Below are positions 1 to 8,583 of a stretch of 64,000 nucleotides of DNA, piece by piece. The notes under the pieces were generated by a model. That model did not search any database, had not been told where the DNA came from, and saw nothing but the letters and a program-made list of their open reading frames with translations. Within the stretch, counting starts at the first letter, position 1, and each line of letters begins with the position of its first letter. The position numbers and the translations under genes are program-made. Origin of the DNA: Sedimentisphaerales bacterium (GTDB taxonomy: Bacteria; Planctomycetota; Phycisphaerae; Sedimentisphaerales; Anaerobacaceae). The stretch is from positions 192,001-256,000 of the forward strand of contig JAXGYC010000009.1 in the NCBI GenBank assembly GCA_040772485.1, in the 5' to 3' direction.

Positions 1-19
1 TCATCCAAATCGTGTTCAT
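1..19 (-). CDS. 5' end of a gene running off the window edge (MNTIWM...)
   Basis: ATG at 19 on the minus strand, preceded by GGAG; only 6 codons are visible. Confidence 0.35.
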
Positions 20-160
20 GCGATGCGCTCCTTCCAAAGCGATGCAAGAAATGTTGCACTCGCTTTTCGCGCCCATCCTACCTCAAGGCGGCGCTCGCTG
101 CAAACCCGAATTCATGCCGGGGCACCAGCGGCGCGGAAGGACCCGCCCGATATCGATCGT

Positions 161-1273
161 CTAACGCAGGGCCTCCTTCACGGACCGGGTATCGACCACC
201 AGGTGCGAGATCAGCCTTTGCTCGGAGGCCAGAATCGCCGACAGCACGCGGGACTTGGTTCGCCGACACATGGCACAAGGACCCAGCACCAGGAGGACGT
301 GTTTGCCCTTCTCCATGAACGGCGGCAGCTCTCCCAGCTCGATCAGGGTCATGGACCGAATCTTCGTCTGCACGTTGAGGGGTCCGTGCGGGCCGACGGG
401 GAGCCACAGCATGTCGCCGATGCAGCCCCCCTTGACGAGCATTTCCGCGCAGCCGGCCGATCTCTCCATGTACTGGTGGAAGTTGCTGTGCTCGTCGGTC
501 CAGTCCGCCGCCGACGTGACGATGATGTCCAGATCCCCGGCACGATCATAGGATTCCTTGATGCCCTCAGAATTCCGGAGCGTGTCGTATTCGTCGGCCC
601 GGACCACCGGCGGCGTGCGAAGACCCACGTACTCATACCTGGTGTTCACGCTGGTTCGGTTGTTGAAGAGGGTGAAGAAGGTGTTCGGATCGGTGGTGGG
701 ATCCCGCACGTCGAAGCCGGCCACCAGCGCATGGAGAACCAGGGTCTCCGGCAGATCCTCATCCGACTCATCGAGAAGTTGCGCGAAGATTTGCGCCAAT
801 CGGTGCATGGCGTGACCTCCGGCGAAGCCGACGTGCACTTCCTGCCGGGAGCTTCGACCGATGTCCTGCACCAGACGGATCAGCGTCTGCGCGCCCTGGT
901 AGGCCACGTCCTCGAAGTCGTTCGTGTGCACGACCTCAACGGCCGCGAGCCATGGATAGCGCCGGCGCAGCTTGTCGGACAGGACGAAGCTGGCTCGAGG
1001 GGCGAACCGGAACCGGCCCGCTTCCGCCGCCTCGCGGAGCATTCGGTGGACCGACTGACGAGTAAATTTGTTGGAGGCGTAGTCCTTCTGAATGCGCTCT
1101 GCGATGGCGCTGGGCTTCTCGCCTGCGCAGAACAGGCGGCACACGAGGGCTATCTTCTCCTCACGGTCGAGTTCGTTCCAGGGCATTTTCGCACTGGGAG
1201 CGGAAGATCTGTGGTGGGTGGGGCGTGCATTCGGTCGCGTTGGCGGCCTGCGGCGGGCGGTCTTCGGAGCCAT
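161..1273 (-). CDS. SorC/DeoR-LsrR family sugar-binding transcriptional regulator
   Basis: N-terminal HTH-like segment (IAERI...TRQSVHRMLREA) then sugar-binding domain motifs (VGFAGGHAM, CIGDML); start at 1273 or 1186. Confidence 0.75.
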   Translation of the reverse strand: MAPKTARRRPPTRPNARPTHHRSSAPSAKMPWNELDREEKIALVCRLFCAGEKPSAIAERIQKDYASNKFTRQSVHRMLREAAEAGRFRFAPRASFVLSDKLRRRYPWLAAVEVVHTNDFEDVAYQGAQTLIRLVQDIGRSSRQEVHVGFAGGHAMHRLAQIFAQLLDESDEDLPETLVLHALVAGFDVRDPTTDPNTFFTLFNNRTSVNTRYEYVGLRTPPVVRADEYDTLRNSEGIKESYDRAGDLDIIVTSAADWTDEHSNFHQYMERSAGCAEMLVKGGCIGDMLWLPVGPHGPLNVQTKIRSMTLIELGELPPFMEKGKHVLLVLGPCAMCRRTKSRVLSAILASEQRLISHLVVDTRSVKEALR

Positions 1274-1550
1274 GGGCTCAGTCCTCCAAATATCCGCATG
1301 GAAGCACAAACGGGTGGGACAAGCAATGGCCAAGGAGCCGGCAAAACGAGGCGCGCGAGGAAAAGCCGGATACAGTTGGGCTGGAACGCGGGAGAATTGT
1401 AGCGTGCACCAAGTGCGACAATTCCGGGGATGTCTCGCCAAACTGTTGCCGGAATCTATCGCATGTCACTCCGATTGCCGTTGCTTGTCCCGATCGGACA
1501 TACGAGGCTGGTGACGGTGAAGTTGTCGGATTGTCGATGCCCTTGGAGAG

Positions 1551-1910
1551 ATGAACATGCTGAGGTCCCAGACGATGGCAGATACGGCAAGAACGGCCTC
1601 GTTCCAATCCTGCTATGACGAAGCGAGGAGGTTGATCCTGGAAGACAAAGACGTGGACGGGGCGATCTGCTGCCTGTGCGCGGCGCCACGGCCTCAATCC
1701 CAGCCGGACTGCTGGCGCTGGACCGATTTGTTGGCCGCGGCTCTGTTCGCGCAAGGGCAGTACTGGCATTGCCTGGGGGTGCTGTGTGCTTACGACCGCC
1801 GGTATCCGGAAGATCGTCATGCCCGTTTCGCGATTCGGATCGTCATCATGGAGCTCTTGTCCGCCCTGCGCGACGGGGAAGAGGCACGCGGATCGAGAAG
1901 GACCCCGTGA
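1551..1910 (+). CDS. Hypothetical helical (TPR-like) protein, divergent from the regulator
   Basis: GGAGAG RBS before the ATG; 119 aa; helical pattern LLAAALFAQGQY. Confidence 0.5.
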   Translation: MNMLRSQTMADTARTASFQSCYDEARRLILEDKDVDGAICCLCAAPRPQSQPDCWRWTDLLAAALFAQGQYWHCLGVLCAYDRRYPEDRHARFAIRIVIMELLSALRDGEEARGSRRTP

Positions 1911-1921
1911 GCAACAATTGT

Positions 1922-1951
1922 TTGACAGGGATGGGGCGCCAGGCATAGCAT
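1922..1951 (+). promoter_or_regulatory. Putative sigma70 promoter of the ribE-pdxA-rsmA operon
   Basis: TTGACA-18 nt-TAGCAT; palindrome AACAATTGTT abuts the -35. Confidence 0.4.
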
Positions 1952-2006
1952 GGGGTCTGTGACGCTCATGGAGGAGTGGGACCGGTCCCCTGGGGAATGA
2001 CTTGGT

Positions 2007-2654
2007 ATGTTCACCGGACTTATCGAATCCGTTTGTCAGGTCCGATCGCTGTCAGCCGGCCGGCCGTCCGAAGGCGGCGCGCTGGCGGTCGATCTGGGCG
2101 CGCTGGCGGAAGGCTGCCGCACCGGCGACAGCGTCGCCATCAACGGCGCCTGCCTGACGGTCACGCGCCTCGAAGGGGCCGTGGCGACGTTCGCGCTGAG
2201 CCCGGAAACGCTGGCAAAATCGACGCTGGCAACACTGAAACCGTCGTCGAAGGTCAACGTCGAGCGGGCGATGGCAGCGACCGACCGGTTCGGGGGCCAC
2301 ATCGTTCAGGGCCACGTCGATGGGATCGGAACGGTCCGCGCGATCAAGAAGCTCGGCGAGTTTGCCGATATCGAGTTCGGTGCGCCCGCGGAACTGCTCG
2401 AGCAGATGGTTCCGAAGGGCTCGGTGGCCATCGACGGCGTGAGCCTGACGATCGCCGGATTGGGTGATGCGAGCTTTCGCGTTGCGGCGATCCCTGAAAC
2501 GCTGAACAGAACGACTCTGGGTTCGGTCCGTATAGGGGACAAGGTCAACGTCGAGGTCGACATCCTCGTCAAGATCGTCCGGCGGCAGTTGGAAAACCTC
2601 CTGCCGAAGGACGAGCCCTTGACGGTCGAGCGGCTGCGGCAGATGGGTTACTGA
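2007..2654 (+). CDS. ribE: Riboflavin synthase (alpha chain)
   Basis: MFTGLIE N-terminus; duplicated GDSVAINGACLTV / KGSVAIDGVSLTI; GGHIVQGHVDG. Confidence 0.97.
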   Translation: MFTGLIESVCQVRSLSAGRPSEGGALAVDLGALAEGCRTGDSVAINGACLTVTRLEGAVATFALSPETLAKSTLATLKPSSKVNVERAMAATDRFGGHIVQGHVDGIGTVRAIKKLGEFADIEFGAPAELLEQMVPKGSVAIDGVSLTIAGLGDASFRVAAIPETLNRTTLGSVRIGDKVNVEVDILVKIVRRQLENLLPKDEPLTVERLRQMGY

Positions 2655-2704
2655 GGCACGCGAGAGAACGCGGATATCAGTACTGGCCGCAGGGTTTTCG
2701 GTGC

Positions 2705-3790
2705 ATGGACATGAACAACAAGGCCAACCAAAATTCGATCTCGGAGCAGATGGTCATCGGCGTGACTATGGGCGACGCTGCAGGCATCGGGCCCGAGGTG
2801 GTGGTCAAGGCCCTGGCCGATCCCGAGGTCCGTCGGGCGGCCAAGTTCATCGTCTTCGGCATGAACGAGCAGCTCTGCTATGCGGCCGACCGCGCCGAGA
2901 TCGAGCCGTTCTGGGGCCGGCACCAGCACGAGAAGATCGGCCGCGACTATCCGTTCAAGGTCGTCGTCGCCGATTATGACGAGTACAGCGTGCCCCCCTG
3001 GCTCAAAGCGCCCAGCCAGGTCGCCGGCGAGGCGTCGATTCGGTTCTGCCTCGACGCGATCGAGGCCGAGAAGATGGGCGTGATCGACGGGATTGTCACC
3101 GCGCCGATCAGCAAGGAGAGCTGGAAGATGGCGGGCGCCGCCTGGCCCGGCCATACGGAGATGTTCGCCCAGAAGTACAAGGCCTTCCGCAAGGCGATGA
3201 TGTTCGTCAGCGGGCCGCTGAAGGTCGCGCTGGCGACGATCCACGAGGCGCTGTTCGAGGTGCGTCACAAATTCAAGATCGGTTGCGTGTTCGAGCCGAT
3301 CGATCTGCTCAACGACGCCCTGAAGGAGTACTTCTCCATCGAGAACCCGCGCATCGGTGTGGCGGCGCTGAACCCTCACGCCAGCGAGAACGGCCAGTTC
3401 GGCGACGAAGAGCAGCGGATCATCGCGCCGGCGATCCTGCTGGCGCAGGAGCAGGGGATCAACTGCACCGGCCCGATCCCGGCCGACTCGCTGTTCCTGC
3501 GAGCGGTTCAAGGCGAGTTCGACGCGGTGGTGGCGATGTACCACGATCAGGCGATGATCCCGATCAAGCTGCTCGACCGCGACCATGCGGTCAACGTCAC
3601 GATCGGGATTCCGGCGGTGCGGACTTCCCCGGCGCACGGGACGGCGTTTGACATCGCCGGACGCAACATGGCGAACGCTTCGAGCATGAAGTCGGCGATC
3701 CTGACGGCGGTTCGCATGGCGCAGGTCCGGCGGGCCTGCCCGGCGGGCGCGGCCGCGAACGGTCGGGCCTCGGGGTCGCCGCCGCAATAG
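2705..3790 (+). CDS. pdxA: 4-hydroxythreonine-4-phosphate dehydrogenase
   Basis: TMGDAAGIGPE, PGHTE, LNPHASE, AMYHDQ, RTSPAHGTAFDIAG. Confidence 0.96.
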   Translation: MDMNNKANQNSISEQMVIGVTMGDAAGIGPEVVVKALADPEVRRAAKFIVFGMNEQLCYAADRAEIEPFWGRHQHEKIGRDYPFKVVVADYDEYSVPPWLKAPSQVAGEASIRFCLDAIEAEKMGVIDGIVTAPISKESWKMAGAAWPGHTEMFAQKYKAFRKAMMFVSGPLKVALATIHEALFEVRHKFKIGCVFEPIDLLNDALKEYFSIENPRIGVAALNPHASENGQFGDEEQRIIAPAILLAQEQGINCTGPIPADSLFLRAVQGEFDAVVAMYHDQAMIPIKLLDRDHAVNVTIGIPAVRTSPAHGTAFDIAGRNMANASSMKSAILTAVRMAQVRRACPAGAAANGRASGSPPQ

Positions 3791-3826
3791 CAGACCCCGT
3801 CGCTCCGGCGGAACCTGTCCGAGACC

Positions 3827-4753
3827 ATGCAGACGAAACGTCAGATCCAGCAACTGCTCACTTCCGCGGGCGTGGTCCCCAATCGCAAGTTCGGTCAGCA
3901 CTTTCTCGTCGATCTGAACCTCTTGAAGCTGGTCGTCGATTCGGCGCAGATCGGATCGGACGACGTCGTTCTCGAAGTCGGCTGCGGGACCGGCTCCATG
4001 ACCGAGGCGCTGGCCGAGCGGGCCGGACGCGTGGTGGCGGTGGAACTGGACCCGACACTGGCAACGATCACCCGGTCGCAGTTGGCCCAGACCTCGAACG
4101 TCGTCCTCGTCGAAGGCGACGCTCTATCGAGCAAGGGCAGCTTCAATCCGGCGGTCATCGCGGCGATCGAAGAGTGGCGTCCGATAAGACACGATGTATC
4201 TATGTCGAAAAAGCCGTCGCGACTGCTTCTGGTCTCGAACCTTCCTTACGATGTGGCCTCGGCGGTCATCGCCAATCTGGTCAACGGACCGCTCGTGGCC
4301 GATGCGATGGTCGTGACGGTGCAGAAGGAAGTGGCCCAGCGCATGGCGGCCGCGCCGGGGAGCAGGGACTACGGGTCGCTGAGCATCCTGCTCGGGGCTA
4401 CCGGCGACGTGGAGATTCTCCGCATCCTCAAGCCGGGCGTCTTCTGGCCGCCGCCGCAGGTGGACTCGGCCATCGTCCGGTTTGCCCGCAACGACCAGAA
4501 GCGAAACGCGATCGAGGACATCGCGCTTCTGTGCGAGGTGATGGGGCTGTTCATCGGCCACCGGCGCAAGATGCTTCGGGCCTGCGCCAAGCACGCCCCG
4601 GCCCACTTGGGCGGACGCAATCTCTGGACGGAGTTGTTCGAGCAGTGCGGCGTCGAACCGACGAGTCGACCCGAGGAGCTGTCGCCGGACCAGTACATCA
4701 AGCTGGCGAACCTGTGCCGGCGTCGCTTGGCAAACCGCCGAGCGCCAATCTGA
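3827..4753 (+). CDS. rsmA: 16S rRNA m6(2)A1518/1519 dimethyltransferase
   Basis: GQHFL, VLEVGCGTG, SNLPY, VQKEVAQR, FWPPPQVDS; follows pdxA as in many bacteria. Confidence 0.96.
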   Translation: MQTKRQIQQLLTSAGVVPNRKFGQHFLVDLNLLKLVVDSAQIGSDDVVLEVGCGTGSMTEALAERAGRVVAVELDPTLATITRSQLAQTSNVVLVEGDALSSKGSFNPAVIAAIEEWRPIRHDVSMSKKPSRLLLVSNLPYDVASAVIANLVNGPLVADAMVVTVQKEVAQRMAAAPGSRDYGSLSILLGATGDVEILRILKPGVFWPPPQVDSAIVRFARNDQKRNAIEDIALLCEVMGLFIGHRRKMLRACAKHAPAHLGGRNLWTELFEQCGVEPTSRPEELSPDQYIKLANLCRRRLANRRAPI

Positions 4754-4863
4754 GACAACCTTGATTTCGACGCAACATCGCCTCTATATTCGGACGTTGT
4801 GGCGGCTGGAGAACATGTAACCTTCGGCAGGATAGGAAATTAGGGGCATCATCAGGTTTTGGT

Positions 4864-4892
4864 TTGCAGGCCAGACCCGGTTTGGGTATAAT
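4864..4892 (+). promoter_or_regulatory. Putative sigma70 promoter for the prepilin-like gene trio
   Basis: TTGCAG-17 nt-TATAAT in an AT-richer intergenic region. Confidence 0.55.
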
Positions 4893-5026
4893 GACAGCGG
4901 TGTGTGTGGAACGGTTGTCTCTGTGCAAAATGGCCCGAAATAGGTGGAACAGATCGCCGATTCGGTGCATCTTTGCCGTGGGTAAGGGGTGTTCCGTAAA
5001 TCTGTGCAGGTTGAGGAGTTTTCGTT

Positions 5027-5848
5027 ATGACCAAGCGACGTGGTTTTACCCTGATTGAACTGCTGGTCGTCATCGCCATTATCGCTATCCTGATGGCGAT
5101 CCTGATGCCGGCTTTGCGCCGCGTCAAAGAGCAGGGGCGCATGATCGCCTGCCTGGGCAATCTGAAGCAGTGGAACCTCATCGCGGCGATGCACACCGAG
5201 AGCAACGATGGGAAGTTCTGGCAGAGCGAAGGCAGCGCCTACTGGTGGATCGCCTACCTGGAGGACAAGTACAAAGATTGGAAGGCCAACAAGATCTGGT
5301 TCTGCCCGACCGCGACGAAGCCCATTCGGGACGAAGACGGGCTCAGTCCTCCCACGTTCAACATCTTCAACGCCTGGGGCATCTTCACCAACGCGGATCA
5401 TGCGAACCTCGGGCCCAACGGGATTGCGGGCAGCTACGGCATCAATGGCTATTGTCTGATTCCCTCCGGTGGGACCGCGGGGACCTACGAGGGTGGTGTC
5501 TCCGTCAAAGAGGGGGGCTGGATGACCGCGGGCGCCAAAGGCGCGGGCAATGTCCCCTGGTTCATCGAGGCGTTGCGTTTCGACCTGTGGCCCCTGCACA
5601 CGGATGCCCCGGCCGTGGATGAATTTGCCGCCTGGAGCGGAAACAACTCCGCCCGCTGCGCGATCAACCGGCACCAGGGCTTCCTGAACGTCGCCTTCAT
5701 GGACTGGTCGGTCCGGAAGGTCGGCATCAAAGAGGTCTGGACCCTGCAATGGCACAAGCTGTACAACACCCGCGGGCCCTACACGAAGGCCGGCGGTGTG
5801 ACGGGCGACGACTGGCCCGAGTGGATGCGCCGCTTCGCGGAGTATTGA
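5027..5848 (+). CDS. Prepilin-type N-terminal cleavage/methylation protein (planctomycete DUF1559-like)
   Basis: [43 protein letters not shown]. Confidence 0.9.
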   Translation: MTKRRGFTLIELLVVIAIIAILMAILMPALRRVKEQGRMIACLGNLKQWNLIAAMHTESNDGKFWQSEGSAYWWIAYLEDKYKDWKANKIWFCPTATKPIRDEDGLSPPTFNIFNAWGIFTNADHANLGPNGIAGSYGINGYCLIPSGGTAGTYEGGVSVKEGGWMTAGAKGAGNVPWFIEALRFDLWPLHTDAPAVDEFAAWSGNNSARCAINRHQGFLNVAFMDWSVRKVGIKEVWTLQWHKLYNTRGPYTKAGGVTGDDWPEWMRRFAEY

Positions 5849-5870
5849 TCGGGCGACGACGATATAGGAG

Positions 5871-5900
5871 AATGGCCGACCAGCAAGGGTCGGCCATTTT
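5871..5900 (+). terminator. Putative intrinsic terminator or mRNA-stabilising hairpin
   Basis: AATGGCCGACC/GGTCGGCCATT 11-bp stem ending in a short T run. Confidence 0.45.
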
Positions 5901-5946
5901 CATGCCTGCGCATCATGAGTTTGCACCGAAACTGGGAGGTCATGGA

Positions 5947-6774
5947 ATGAAGCTGAAAAGGAGTCTTGCGAAGCGTTGCGCTCATGCCGGCTTCACGCTG
6001 ATCGAGCTGCTGGTGGTCATCGCGATCATCGCGATTTTGATGGGCATCCTGATGCCGGCGCTGGCGCGGGTCCGCGAACAGGGCAAGCGCGCCACCTGCC
6101 TGAGCAATCTGAAGCAGTTGACGATCGCCTGGATCATGTATGCCGATGACAACGACGACAAACTGGTCAACGGCGATTCCGGCGAGTACGGCCAGGCGGC
6201 CGCCAACGGGCCGTACTGGGTCCTGAGGGACTGGGAGCGGGCCATGACGGAAGTCCAGAAGCAGAGGGCCATCATGGATGGGGCGCTCTGGCCATACACG
6301 CGGGATCTGAAGCTCTACAAGTGCCTGAGCGTGGAACGCAAGGTCATGGACTACTACGGGTACACCGCTCCTCCGGTCCGGACCTACTCCATCTGCGACT
6401 CGATGAACTGCAAGGCCTGGCCGAGTGAGATGAAGACGACGTTGACCAAGCTGCGGATGAAGATCAAGGATCCGGCGTTTCGCGGCGTGTTCCTCGACGA
6501 CGGCGGGACGTGCCCGTCGGCCCTGGGCGGCTGGACGGTATGGGCGACGAAGTGGTCGTGGTGGGACCCGCCTCCGGTGCGGCATGGGGATGGGACCACG
6601 TTCTCGTTCGCCGACGGCCACGCCGACTACCGCAAGTGGAAGGATCAACGGACCGTCGATTTCGGCAAGCGCATCCCACCTCAAGCCAACACGGGAGAGA
6701 TCGATCAGGACAACGAGGATATCTACTGGTCGTCGCTGACGGTGTGGGGCGCGGCGGAGACGCGCATGCCCTAA
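5947..6774 (+). CDS. Prepilin-type N-terminal cleavage/methylation protein (H-X9-DG)
   Basis: [38 protein letters not shown] before ATG 5947. Confidence 0.9.
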   Translation: MKLKRSLAKRCAHAGFTLIELLVVIAIIAILMGILMPALARVREQGKRATCLSNLKQLTIAWIMYADDNDDKLVNGDSGEYGQAAANGPYWVLRDWERAMTEVQKQRAIMDGALWPYTRDLKLYKCLSVERKVMDYYGYTAPPVRTYSICDSMNCKAWPSEMKTTLTKLRMKIKDPAFRGVFLDDGGTCPSALGGWTVWATKWSWWDPPPVRHGDGTTFSFADGHADYRKWKDQRTVDFGKRIPPQANTGEIDQDNEDIYWSSLTVWGAAETRMP

Positions 6775-6890
6775 CGCGTCGAACGCGACTGGGCGAGAGA
6801 ATCCGGATAGAGGATCTGAAATCGGCCGGACCGTTGCGGCGCGCGGTCCGGCGTTTCGCACGCGTGGCAGTCTTGAGGAGAATTGCAGCG

Positions 6891-7676
6891 ATGCAGAAGC
6901 CCAGAGCATTCACCCTCATCGAATTGCTGGTCGTCATCGCCATCATCGCACTGCTGATGTCGATCCTGATGCCCGCGCTGTCGCGCGTGCGCAAGCAGGC
7001 GCGCGGCGTCGTGTGCCAGTCGAACCTCAAGCAGTGGGGTCAGATCTGGGCGATGTACTGCGACGACAACAACGGCTTCATGCCTACGCGCAAGTCGGAC
7101 CACGGCCGCTGGATCGATCTGCTGTATCGCTACTACCAGAAGGACCCCAAGTTCCGCGTCTGCCCGGTCGCCAGCAAGATTGCCGCTCCGGAAGGGGCGA
7201 CGGACACCCTGGCGCTCGGGGGCGATGCGGTGACTTCCTGGGGCATCGTGGCGCCCAGCGGCGAGCGGCCCGTCGGCACATGGGGCAGCTACGGCATCAA
7301 TGGCTGGACTTACGTCTGCGGCGACGAGGTCCTGTACGGCAAGCCGAAAGCGTTCTTCTGGAAGACGCCCAACATCAAAGGTGCGGCGCAGGTGCCGTTG
7401 TTTCTCGATGGCTGGTTCTGGTGCGGCTGGCCGGACGACACCGACTCGGTGCCGGTCGTGGACGGTCGGGAAGGGCGTCTTTCCGGCGACACGGATTCGA
7501 TGAACCGCTTCTGCATGAACCGCCACTCGCAGGCGATCAACGCCGTCTTCCTGGACTATTCGGTGCGCAAGGTCTGGCTCAAGGAGATGTGGCGTCTGAA
7601 GTGGAGCAAGCGGTTCGACACCGACGTCGTGAAGGAATGGCCCGACTGGATGGCCGGCTTCAAAGGGGACTACTGA
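6891..7676 (+). CDS. Prepilin-type N-terminal cleavage/methylation protein
   Basis: [43 protein letters not shown]. Confidence 0.9.
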   Translation: MQKPRAFTLIELLVVIAIIALLMSILMPALSRVRKQARGVVCQSNLKQWGQIWAMYCDDNNGFMPTRKSDHGRWIDLLYRYYQKDPKFRVCPVASKIAAPEGATDTLALGGDAVTSWGIVAPSGERPVGTWGSYGINGWTYVCGDEVLYGKPKAFFWKTPNIKGAAQVPLFLDGWFWCGWPDDTDSVPVVDGREGRLSGDTDSMNRFCMNRHSQAINAVFLDYSVRKVWLKEMWRLKWSKRFDTDVVKEWPDWMAGFKGDY

Positions 7677-7697
7677 CCGGTCGTCCGTGCCACCGCG

Positions 7698-8570
7698 TCA
7701 CAGGATCACCGTCTTGTGGCGATGGCTGTGACATTCGATGTTGACCGCCACGGGCAGCGACGCGATGTGACAGGGGGCGGTTTCGATCCGCACGCCGAGT
7801 GCGGTGGTGTCGCCTCCAAGCCCCTGCGGGCCCACGCCCAACGCATTGATCCTCGTCAGCAGTTCCCGTTCCATTTGCCCGTAGAATGCATCCGCGTGCG
7901 ACTCGCCCAGGCTGCGCAGCAGAGCCTTCTTGCTCAGCAGACAGCTCAGCTCGAAGTCTCCTCCGATTCCCACGCCCACCACGAACGGCGGACACGCATC
8001 GGCGCCGGCGGTCCGGACGACCTCGACGATCCAATCGATCACGTCGGCTTTCTCGGAAGTGGGCCGGAACATGCGGAACTGGCTCTTGTTCTCGCAGCCG
8101 CCGCCTTTGGCCATGACCGCGATCTTGAGCTTGTCGCCCGGCACGAAGCGGTGGTGCACGATCGCCGGCGTGTTCGTCCCGGTGTTGGTGCGGGCCTTCA
8201 GAGGATCGGCGACCACGCTCTTTCGCAGGTATCCGCTCTCATAGCCGGCGCGGACGCCTTCGTTGATCGCGTCGACGACCGTGGCGGGGCGGTTTGGGGA
8301 CGCATCGCCGACCACGACTTCAGCTCCCTGTTCGACGAAGACAACGGTCAGGCCCGTATCCTGGCAGAGGGGGATCCGGTCCCTCGCCGCGATGGTGGCG
8401 TTTTCGAGCAGTTGGGTGAGGATCTTCGCGGCGGCCGGATTGGATTCCGTCGAAGCGGCCCGTTCGAGCGCCGCCCGGACATCGTCGGGCAACTCGTGAC
8501 AGGCCGCGATGCACAGCGACTCGACGGCCCGGACGATCTGTTCGAATTCGATGGTTCGCACGGCGGCCAC
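7698..8570 (-). CDS. Fe-S hydro-lyase (class I fumarate hydratase / tartrate dehydratase), alpha subunit
   Basis: PLCQDTG, KGGGCENKS, ACPP..VGVGIGG, GPQGLGG, CHIASLPVAVNIECH. Confidence 0.92.
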   Translation of the reverse strand: MAAVRTIEFEQIVRAVESLCIAACHELPDDVRAALERAASTESNPAAAKILTQLLENATIAARDRIPLCQDTGLTVVFVEQGAEVVVGDASPNRPATVVDAINEGVRAGYESGYLRKSVVADPLKARTNTGTNTPAIVHHRFVPGDKLKIAVMAKGGGCENKSQFRMFRPTSEKADVIDWIVEVVRTAGADACPPFVVGVGIGGDFELSCLLSKKALLRSLGESHADAFYGQMERELLTRINALGVGPQGLGGDTTALGVRIETAPCHIASLPVAVNIECHSHRHKTVIL

Positions 8571-8583
8571 GGCCCTCGCTGCG

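Noticed and set aside
1911..2006. Possible FMN riboswitch upstream of ribE
   Set aside because: The leader is too short and lacks RFN consensus motifs
5027..7676. Diversity-generating retroelement or shufflon acting on the prepilin-like genes or FGE domain
   Set aside because: No reverse transcriptase, recombinase or near-identical TR/VR pair was seen in the window
8281..8314. Weak palindrome-like in-frame segment (GDASPNRPA) in the hydro-lyase gene
   Set aside because: The pairing is too short for a GC-rich background and does not match the repeat families seen here
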